Made by a program: the position numbers and the translations under genes | The notes under the pieces: model-generated | Seen by the model: only the letters and a program-made list of their open reading frames with translations | Database searches by the model: none | Told to the model about the DNA's origin: nothing | Shown: piece after piece, positions 47,220-54,555 of the stretch | How the letters are laid out: every line of letters begins with the position of its first letter | How positions within the stretch are numbered: position 1 is the first letter of the stretch | Source of the DNA: a virus | Virus record (IMG/VR): IMGVR_UViG_3300007960_010163 | Coordinates: 14,533-78,532 of that record | Reading direction: 5' to 3' (one strand) | DNA length: 64,000 nucleotides

Positions 47220-49092
47220 GAAAAAAATACTATTCCATAGTAATCACTCAAAAGCTTTTACTGGATTTGGCAAAAATGCTAAAAACGTTTTAATACATCT
47301 CCATAAAACAGGAAAATATGAAATTGTAGAATTTGCCAATGGATTCCAGTGGAGCGCTCCAAAATTAAAACAACTTCCTTGGAGAGCGTATGGATCTTTG
47401 CCAGATAATCCTGCTCTAATTGAAAAGCTCAATAAAGATCCAAAATTAGGCAGAGCGGCAGGATATGGCGCAAATATGATCGACAGGATCATACAACAAG
47501 AAAAACCCGATTTATACATTGGCGCAGAAGACATATGGGCCTTTAATGAATATACTGAAAAAAAGTGGTGGAATAAAACAAACTGCATGATTTGGACTAC
47601 GCTTGATAGTCTTCCAATACTACCAGATGCAGTAAATAAAGCTTCAGAAATCAAAAATTATTATGTATGGGCTTCTTTTGCAGAAAAAGCTCTTCATGAT
47701 CTTGGTCACAATCATGTAAAAACTCTTCACGGCTCCATAGATTGTTCAACTTTTTTCAGATTGGAGAACGAAAGAAGAGCTCAACTTCGGGCAATAAATG
47801 GTATTAGTCAAAATTCGTATGTTATCGGATTTATATTCAGAAACCAATTAAGAAAAAGCGTTCCAAATATTCTTGAAGGTTTTAAAATGTTCCTTAATCA
47901 AGAGCCTACTTCTAATGCTCGTCTATTACTACATACCCATTGGTCAGAAGGATGGGATATACCTCGCTTGATTCATGAAAAAGGTATCGATCCAAATTTG
48001 ATATTAACTACTTATTTTTGCCAAAATTGTGGTTCATATGAAATAAGAAATTTTAACGGTCAACAATTACAATGCAGATCTTGTGGCCAGAAAAAGCTAA
48101 ACACAACTAATACCACTCATGGAGTAAATGAGCATCAGTTAAATGAGATATACAATTTAATGGATGTATATTGTCATCCGTTCACTTCTGGAGGGCAAGA
48201 AATCCCTATACAAGAAGCAAAGCTTACTGAACTTATTACCCTTGTTACAGATTATAGTTGTGGAACTGATAGCTGCAACCCAGAAAGTGGCGGAATCCCT
48301 CTTGACTGGTGCGAATATAGAGAGCCCGGAACTCAGTTTATTAAGGCCACTACTTACCCATCAAGTATTTCAAAAAATCTGAGAAAGGTTTTTAATATGA
48401 AGCCTGAAAAAAGGCTGGCTCAAGGAAAAAAATCTCGTCAATACGTTCTCGATAATTATGATTCTTCGGTCATAGGTAAAAAACTAGAATTGATTATTGA
48501 TGAAATGCCAGAAATTAACTGGGATTTTGATTTCTCTTTTGTAAAACGAGATCCTAATTATAATCCTCCAAATATAGAAGATGACAGTGAATGGATTATT
48601 GATTTGTATAAAAACATTTTAAAAACTAATCTTGATGCCAGCGACTCAGGTCATCAGCACTGGATGGAAAGACTTAGGACAGATATGAATCGCAAGCAAG
48701 TATTGGACTATTTTAAATCTGTTGCTATTAAAGAAAATTCCGAAAATAGTAAAGTCAGCCTTGAGTCTTTAATTGAAAAATCTAATAACAAAACAGCTCT
48801 AATAGTTTCATCGGCAGATGCATCAACAATTTTTGCGGCTACATCTTTATTGGATTCTTTTCATGAAACCTACAAAGGTACAGATCTTTATTTTGCATGC
48901 CATCCAAATTTCCATGATATATTAAATGGAAACCCTAATATTAAAAAGGTTTTGCAATACGATGAGCAAATGGAAGATGAGTTTTTAATGACTGGTCGCG
49001 CTGGTCAAAAAGGATATTTCGATTATTATATTAACTTAAATAATTCTCACTTAAAAAACATTACTTCTAAAAACTGTTATGCATTTCGTTGA
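47212..49092 (+). CDS. GT4-like glycosyltransferase with Zn-ribbon insertion and C-terminal GT9-like fragment
   Basis: TGFG, RNQLRKS, LLLHT, CQNC...CRSC and LNEIYNLMDVYCHPFTSGGQEIPIQEA. Confidence 0.82.
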   Translation: MRKKKILFHSNHSKAFTGFGKNAKNVLIHLHKTGKYEIVEFANGFQWSAPKLKQLPWRAYGSLPDNPALIEKLNKDPKLGRAAGYGANMIDRIIQQEKPDLYIGAEDIWAFNEYTEKKWWNKTNCMIWTTLDSLPILPDAVNKASEIKNYYVWASFAEKALHDLGHNHVKTLHGSIDCSTFFRLENERRAQLRAINGISQNSYVIGFIFRNQLRKSVPNILEGFKMFLNQEPTSNARLLLHTHWSEGWDIPRLIHEKGIDPNLILTTYFCQNCGSYEIRNFNGQQLQCRSCGQKKLNTTNTTHGVNEHQLNEIYNLMDVYCHPFTSGGQEIPIQEAKLTELITLVTDYSCGTDSCNPESGGIPLDWCEYREPGTQFIKATTYPSSISKNLRKVFNMKPEKRLAQGKKSRQYVLDNYDSSVIGKKLELIIDEMPEINWDFDFSFVKRDPNYNPPNIEDDSEWIIDLYKNILKTNLDASDSGHQHWMERLRTDMNRKQVLDYFKSVAIKENSENSKVSLESLIEKSNNKTALIVSSADASTIFAATSLLDSFHETYKGTDLYFACHPNFHDILNGNPNIKKVLQYDEQMEDEFLMTGRAGQKGYFDYYINLNNSHLKNITSKNCYAFR

Positions 49093-50242
49093 ATCTTTAG
49101 CCGTAGGGGCAGGGCTTAAATCCTCACGCCCGTTTATTGAGGACTCATTTTTTCCAATAGTACCCGAAAAGTATATCACCTTTTGTACGGAAAATCATCA
49201 AAGCAAACAATGGGATCACTTTCAGGAGTATTTGGATATCATATCGCCAATTCTTCAAAAGAACAATATCAGTATTATTGAAATAGGAAGTAATGACGTA
49301 AAATTAAATGGTCAAATCAATCTTAAAAAAGTTACTGGCCCCAATCATTGGTCTTATATAATTAAGAAATCTTTACTTCATGTTGGTCCTGAAAATTTTA
49401 TATCTCAAATAGCTTCTTTTCATAACAGGCCTTTTATAGCATTTTTCTCAAATACTGATCCAGAGTACTGCGCTCCGCTTTGGTCAAAACCAGAAAATCA
49501 AACTTTAATACAAGCGGACTTGAAATCCAAAAAACCATCATTCCTTGGTGAAGAGCCTGTTAAAACTATAAATACTATACCCGCAGAACGAGTGGCGCAC
49601 GAAACCCTTAATTTGCTAGGTATAGAAAATGATTTCAATAAATATGAAATAATAAATATCGGACATTCTTTCAAACAAACACTGATAGAAATTGTTCCTG
49701 ATTTCTTGCCTGAACCTAACTTTTTCCCAAAATCATTGATAAATATTAGAATGGATTATTATTTCAATGAATCGGCTCTACCAAACTTCTGTAATCAAAG
49801 AAAGGTTGCGATAGTTTCTGATCGTGAGATCAATATAAACTTACTGGTAAGCATTAAGCCATCACTAGAAAATGTCTTTTTTAAAGTCGATGAAAACTCA
49901 AATGAAAATTATTTCAAACAATTAAAAGAAATCGGAATCCCATTCTCCTTAATTGCGAAAAGAGAATCCGACTTACAAGCCACAAGATTAAAGTTTTTCG
50001 ACTGGGAAGTGCAGGAAGATATTCCGGCGACAAAAAAAGATCTTGACAATATAGATAAAATATGCGATACTACTTGTTATAAAAGTTCAAGAAATATATT
50101 CAGTAAGGATGGACAGTTTTCTTCAAAATCTTCTTTTGATAAAAAAATTAAAAAACATAAAGATCAATTAATAATTGACGAAGATGAATTTTGGGAAGAC
50201 TCCAGCTACTTCAAATTATACAACCTAAAAAAAGATGGCTAA
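49079..50242 (+). CDS. GT9-like (heptosyltransferase-fold) protein, possibly degenerate
   Basis: KQWDHF, IIEIGS, YIIKKSLLHVGPENF and IAFFSNT. Confidence 0.55.
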   Translation: MHFVESLAVGAGLKSSRPFIEDSFFPIVPEKYITFCTENHQSKQWDHFQEYLDIISPILQKNNISIIEIGSNDVKLNGQINLKKVTGPNHWSYIIKKSLLHVGPENFISQIASFHNRPFIAFFSNTDPEYCAPLWSKPENQTLIQADLKSKKPSFLGEEPVKTINTIPAERVAHETLNLLGIENDFNKYEIINIGHSFKQTLIEIVPDFLPEPNFFPKSLINIRMDYYFNESALPNFCNQRKVAIVSDREININLLVSIKPSLENVFFKVDENSNENYFKQLKEIGIPFSLIAKRESDLQATRLKFFDWEVQEDIPATKKDLDNIDKICDTTCYKSSRNIFSKDGQFSSKSSFDKKIKKHKDQLIIDEDEFWEDSSYFKLYNLKKDG

Positions 50243-50972
50243 AAGCAAGATAGACAATTCAATTGGTCCAGAAAGTTTCCAAAGAGATGAGCATGGTTTG
50301 CTCAAGAATATCCAATATGTATTTAATGATGATGGATCAATTAATTGGAGAAAAATGGTTAACGACGAGCATCTCTTTCCTAACGCTCAAGCTTTCAATG
50401 GTAACCCACCAAATTCAATCGAAGGAATACCAGACCATAAATTGTTGATTAAGCTAGCTGGAATTAAAGAACTTGCCAGACTCAGGGGTTTTTCTGATAT
50501 TTCTTATGAAGTTGTAAAGTGTGAATTAGATCATGTAGCGGTTGTTTGCACTATTAATTTTATAGGGAACTACGAGACTTCTAATGAATCGATCTCTTTT
50601 CAAGACATGGCAAACGCAACCCTTGATAATACGCATGATTTCGGACAAAGCTTCCTTGAAACCATGGCTTGCAACAGGTCTTTTGTTCGCGCTGTTAGGA
50701 ATTTTCTTAATATACATATTGTGGGCGCAGACGAAATAGACAAGTCTAATAAAAAATCTTCTTTCAAGAAATCTAATTCAAAACCCAGTCTTTCCCCTCA
50801 ATCAATGCTAGACACTGCATTTGATGGTAATTTCGATGATTTCATCTCTGACTTAAGAAAACTTTGGGCAAAAAATATCTACAAAAACAAAGATATCACC
50901 AACTGGAAAAGCTTTGATGACATACCTATAAAAGAAGCTCGTGTTTTAATAAAGCTAATTAAAGAAAATTAA
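50235..50972 (+). CDS. Putative single-strand annealing protein (Rad52/Sak/RecT-like)
   Basis: LIKLAGIKELA...TMACNRSFVRAVRNFLNI...ADEI resembles the SSAP core helix motif. Confidence 0.5.
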   Translation: MAKSKIDNSIGPESFQRDEHGLLKNIQYVFNDDGSINWRKMVNDEHLFPNAQAFNGNPPNSIEGIPDHKLLIKLAGIKELARLRGFSDISYEVVKCELDHVAVVCTINFIGNYETSNESISFQDMANATLDNTHDFGQSFLETMACNRSFVRAVRNFLNIHIVGADEIDKSNKKSSFKKSNSKPSLSPQSMLDTAFDGNFDDFISDLRKLWAKNIYKNKDITNWKSFDDIPIKEARVLIKLIKEN

Positions 50973-51001
50973 TTGACAAAAACAGTGTATCTTATTATTA
51001 T
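50973..51001 (+). promoter_or_regulatory. Sigma-70-type promoter with embedded GTGTA motif
   Basis: TTGACA-17-TATTAT; GTGTA at 50985-50989; ATG at 51017. Confidence 0.6.
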
Positions 51002-51016
51002 AAGGTACAAGGTTTT

Positions 51017-52624
51017 ATGTCAAGTTTCGGTATAAATTATGATAATATGCCGTCCCCTTTTTATCAAGGCGGTAGCAATTATCAAGAAAAAGGAGAAAGT
51101 AATCTTTTTCCTTATCTTGCTATAAGAGGGGCTGAAATTTTTGACAATGACTCTTCTATAGAAAAAAAGAGTGATGGAGTAGACTCTATCTCAGGCGGCC
51201 TTAATAGATTCACTCTGAATATTTCTCCGTTAAACCAAGGAACCTACCCAAACTCCGGCAATCTCAAAACATTAGTAAATTTAGATACTGCTCAATTATA
51301 CGCCCCTAACCCAAAAATAAGATATACATATGGAGGTCAATGGCAAGCGCCAATAGAAGAAAGCTGTTCTCCTTATTTTACGAATAAACAATACGGAGTA
51401 TATGAAAACCCCGCTCCAATCAGAGGTGCTCCAGTAGAGTTTAAAAAAGTCTATTTTAGAGGTAAATTAGTTGATAGAGAAAAAGGTTATGTATTAGATA
51501 GTGAGAGTGGGAAATGCAGAACTTTTCATGCTGTATTTGCTTGTTCTAATCCTATAGAACAAACTATTTATCAAGAGGAAGAAGATTGCGATGAGCCATC
51601 TGGAACTCTCTACAATCCAAGAGATGAAAATTTTTCTCATTCTGATTATGCAACAGAAAGATCTTGGGAAGAAATAGATATATTTTGTGGAGAAGGTGGA
51701 AGTGGAAGTGGAGAATGTTTTGAGTTTAACGTAGGTAGATATAACGCCTCGAACTCTGGGCTTTATGAGACAGGATCCTCGGCAACTGGTTGTGACACTT
51801 GCGGTTCGATTATGCTGTTTTCTGGAGATGGAGTTACTTTAACTAATGCTAAAGGTATTGCTGGTGATGATTCTGGATATTGCGGAACTTTACTTAATAT
51901 ACCCGGGCCCCCAAATTTCACAGCATCAGGATGTCTTGATATATCAAAAAATACGGAAACAAATACCGTAACTTATGGAATAGATAGATCTGCAATCCTT
52001 GACTGTTTGGGATATATTGAAACTGGATTTAGAGTTCTTATGCCTACTGGTACGGGATTAGAGATGCCTACTGGATTCAATGAACTTCAAATGTGTGAAT
52101 TCCAAATGCTCTACAAATGCCCACAAGATGATATGACTTATATCACTGGATGCTGCGTAGATCCAGTTGGCGCATGTTGTGCTAGTGACGGCACTTGCAG
52201 CTTGCAAACTTCAGAAGATTGCGCAGGTAGATTTTGGGGCGTTGGTACGAATTGTACGGACATTATTTCCGTAGAAGGTCCTACAAATTATTTTTATAAT
52301 TTTACTATTTCTCAATTGTGTCAAAGAGGTACTGCTTGCTTATACGACCCTGTCGCACAAGCTTATGAGTGCGCAGAAATCATGGGTAGTAATATCATAA
52401 GCAGAGAAGAATATTATCAGCTTTTAGCTACTGATAATTATAATCCCGACGAAGCCGCAATGGGAGCAAATCCTTCTATTTTCACTCAAGGCGCAACCAC
52501 ATGTGATTGTCCAACAACGACCACGACCACAACCACCACATCGACCACAACAACCAGCACAACAACAACTAGCACAACAACAACCACCTCTACCACTTCT
52601 ACTTCCTCTACTACCTTTTTCTAA
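51017..52624 (+). CDS. Cys-rich putative virion protein with C-terminal mucin-like Thr/Ser tail
   Basis: GACC-type Cys module (GCCVDPVGACCASDGTC...C...W.G.GT.C) and a terminal T/S tract; no signal peptide. Confidence 0.75.
   Translation: MSSFGINYDNMPSPFYQGGSNYQEKGESNLFPYLAIRGAEIFDNDSSIEKKSDGVDSISGGLNRFTLNISPLNQGTYPNSGNLKTLVNLDTAQLYAPNPKIRYTYGGQWQAPIEESCSPYFTNKQYGVYENPAPIRGAPVEFKKVYFRGKLVDREKGYVLDSESGKCRTFHAVFACSNPIEQTIYQEEEDCDEPSGTLYNPRDENFSHSDYATERSWEEIDIFCGEGGSGSGECFEFNVGRYNASNSGLYETGSSATGCDTCGSIMLFSGDGVTLTNAKGIAGDDSGYCGTLLNIPGPPNFTASGCLDISKNTETNTVTYGIDRSAILDCLGYIETGFRVLMPTGTGLEMPTGFNELQMCEFQMLYKCPQDDMTYITGCCVDPVGACCASDGTCSLQTSEDCAGRFWGVGTNCTDIISVEGPTNYFYNFTISQLCQRGTACLYDPVAQAYECAEIMGSNIISREEYYQLLATDNYNPDEAAMGANPSIFTQGATTCDCPTTTTTTTTTSTTTTSTTTTSTTTTTSTTSTSSTTFF
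52514..52615 (+). repeat. Thr/Ser low-complexity tract (34 codons: 27 Thr, 7 Ser)
   Basis: ACN-rich tract using all four Thr codons. Confidence 0.95.
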
Positions 52625-52630
52625 TAATAA

Positions 52631-53302
52631 ATGACTTTTTTTGACAAAGTATATTGCATTTGCATGTATGACCGCCCTCAAAAAAAACAAAATCTTCTCA
52701 AGCAATTAGATTATCATTTTCCCGAATTGAATCCTGAGATTTTTAATGCGGTAAATACTAGGCATTTAAAAAATCATTATATAGGCTGTACGTTATCTCA
52801 CAGATCAGTTATTCAAGAAGCTAAGGACAGAAAATACAAAAATATATTAGTTTTCGAAGAAGATGCTATTTTACATAAAAATTTCAAACAACTATTTGAT
52901 AAAAATTTAAATGAGTTAAAAGATACTCCATGGGATATTTTATACCTTGGGGCCTGTGTTTGGAATCCTAAGCCACCTAAAAAACCGAGGACATTTGAAT
53001 CTGTTCAAAATTGTGATTATTTAAAAATTTTAACTCGCTCCACATGTACTCAAGGATTAGCTTACAATAATACTTGCTATGATTATATTTTAAACTCTTG
53101 GCCTTCAGACATCGAAGGGATGGCAAATTGGTGCAAAGAATATAAAGCTATAGATCAATGGTTAATGTACAAAATGCAAGGAATTGGTTCAGTTAAAGAA
53201 GGGAAAAGAAAGTTTAATTGTTATATAACCACGCCTAGAATTTGTTCTCAACCTTTTTTGATTGGCGAGAATAAACAAGATAATCCAGAGTTTTTTAAAT
53301 GA
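52631..53302 (+). CDS. GT25-family glycosyltransferase
   Basis: FDKVYCI...R, IGCTLSH, ILVFEEDA, WDILYLG and IDQW. Confidence 0.88.
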   Translation: MTFFDKVYCICMYDRPQKKQNLLKQLDYHFPELNPEIFNAVNTRHLKNHYIGCTLSHRSVIQEAKDRKYKNILVFEEDAILHKNFKQLFDKNLNELKDTPWDILYLGACVWNPKPPKKPRTFESVQNCDYLKILTRSTCTQGLAYNNTCYDYILNSWPSDIEGMANWCKEYKAIDQWLMYKMQGIGSVKEGKRKFNCYITTPRICSQPFLIGENKQDNPEFFK

Positions 53303-53913
53303 TAAAAGAATTTTACAAAGAAAAAACCTATAGAGAAGGCAATCACCGTTCTTTTATTGGAGGCTTATGGGATACAATGGGCTCATTGCAAATTGACATG
53401 CTTAAAAAATATGGCATGAAACCTAATAACACTTTGCTCGATATTGGTTGTGGATGTTTCAGATTAGGAGTTAAAGCGATACCTTTTCTTGATAAAAATA
53501 ATTATTATGGTGTTGATATAGTTGAATCCTTAATAACAGATGGAATAAAAAAAGAGCTCTGCCCCGAACTTTTAGAAAAGAAAACCCCAACTTTCTTAGT
53601 TAACGGCGATTTTCAATTCAAAAATCTAGAAACGTATTTTGATTTTATTATCGCTCAGTCCGTTTTTACACACCTTCCTATCCCCAGAGTCAAGGAATGC
53701 CTTGCAAATGCTCGTCAAGTACTTCGCCCAAACGGGTGTTTTTTTGCTAGTATTTTTGAAGCTCCATCTAGAGATACCACGACTTATTGTGAACCTTATT
53801 ATGTACACACATCTTTCTATAAAGAAATTGCTGATGAAGTCGGGTTGCGCTTTAATTATATAGGTGATTGGGGTCACCCTAGAAATCAAAAATTAATAGA
53901 GTTTTCTTTGTGA
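53299..53913 (+). CDS. Class I SAM-dependent methyltransferase
   Basis: LLDIGCG, YYGVD, FDFIIAQSVFTHL and VLRPNG. Confidence 0.9.
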   Translation: MIKEFYKEKTYREGNHRSFIGGLWDTMGSLQIDMLKKYGMKPNNTLLDIGCGCFRLGVKAIPFLDKNNYYGVDIVESLITDGIKKELCPELLEKKTPTFLVNGDFQFKNLETYFDFIIAQSVFTHLPIPRVKECLANARQVLRPNGCFFASIFEAPSRDTTTYCEPYYVHTSFYKEIADEVGLRFNYIGDWGHPRNQKLIEFSL

Positions 53914-54524
53914 TTTCCAAGAAAAAAAAATTTGTCTTTATTCATATACCTAAAACTGCAGGTACCTCTTTAGAGATAGCCCTCGAGGATGAGTCTTGTT
54001 CATTTAAGCGCTCCGAATGGTCAAAAAAACCAATGGGTTTCAATGCCCCGCTAAACCATTTAACAATTAAACAGATCGAGATATCAAAAGAGTTATCGAG
54101 AAGAGAGCTAGATTCCTTTTTTAAATTTACATTTGTTCGAAATCCTTGGGATAGAGTAATATCTGAATGCTTTTGTGGTCAAATACAATTAGTTTTTAAA
54201 GACTGCACGACCATAAAAGAAAAAATTAAAAAAGTTTGTGAGTTAGCAAAAACTCCATGCGGCTATGCAAACCATTGCAAGCCCCAAAAACAATTTGTTA
54301 TTCATGAAAATTTTAAAATTGATTTTATTGGAAGATTCGAAAATCTTCAAGAAGATTACTCCAGTGTTTGTAGACAATTGAATATAGAAAAAAAAGAACT
54401 GGCGCATAAAAATAAATCAAAAAAGAAACCATATCAAGAATATTTCGATCAAGAAACTATCGATTTAGTAGCAAAGACATACGAAGAAGATATTAAATAT
54501 TTTGGTTACAATTTTAACTCTTGA
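53910..54524 (+). CDS. Sulfotransferase family 2 protein
   Basis: FIHIPKTAGTS, RNPWDRVIS, HCKPQ and DFIGRFENL. Confidence 0.9.
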   Translation: MISKKKKFVFIHIPKTAGTSLEIALEDESCSFKRSEWSKKPMGFNAPLNHLTIKQIEISKELSRRELDSFFKFTFVRNPWDRVISECFCGQIQLVFKDCTTIKEKIKKVCELAKTPCGYANHCKPQKQFVIHENFKIDFIGRFENLQEDYSSVCRQLNIEKKELAHKNKSKKKPYQEYFDQETIDLVAKTYEEDIKYFGYNFNS

Positions 54525-54549
54525 CATTCTCTCTTTTTTCTGGTATACT
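54521..54549 (+). promoter_or_regulatory. Near-consensus sigma-70 promoter (leaderless GTG start)
   Basis: TTGACA-17-TATACT with extended TGn; GTG start 6 nt after the -10. Confidence 0.7.
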
Positions 54550-54555
54550 TAGCTT

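Noticed and set aside
50043-50071. Internal promoter TTGACA-17-GATACT
   Set aside because: It lies inside a CDS with an imperfect -10 and could be chance in AT-rich DNA, so it was not called.
52514-52615. CRISPR array or microsatellite
   Set aside because: There is no repeat-spacer structure, and codon variation shows a coding low-complexity tract.
52424-52705. Cys/Gly-rich 93-aa ORF on the minus strand
   Set aside because: It is the antisense shadow of the Thr/Ser tract.
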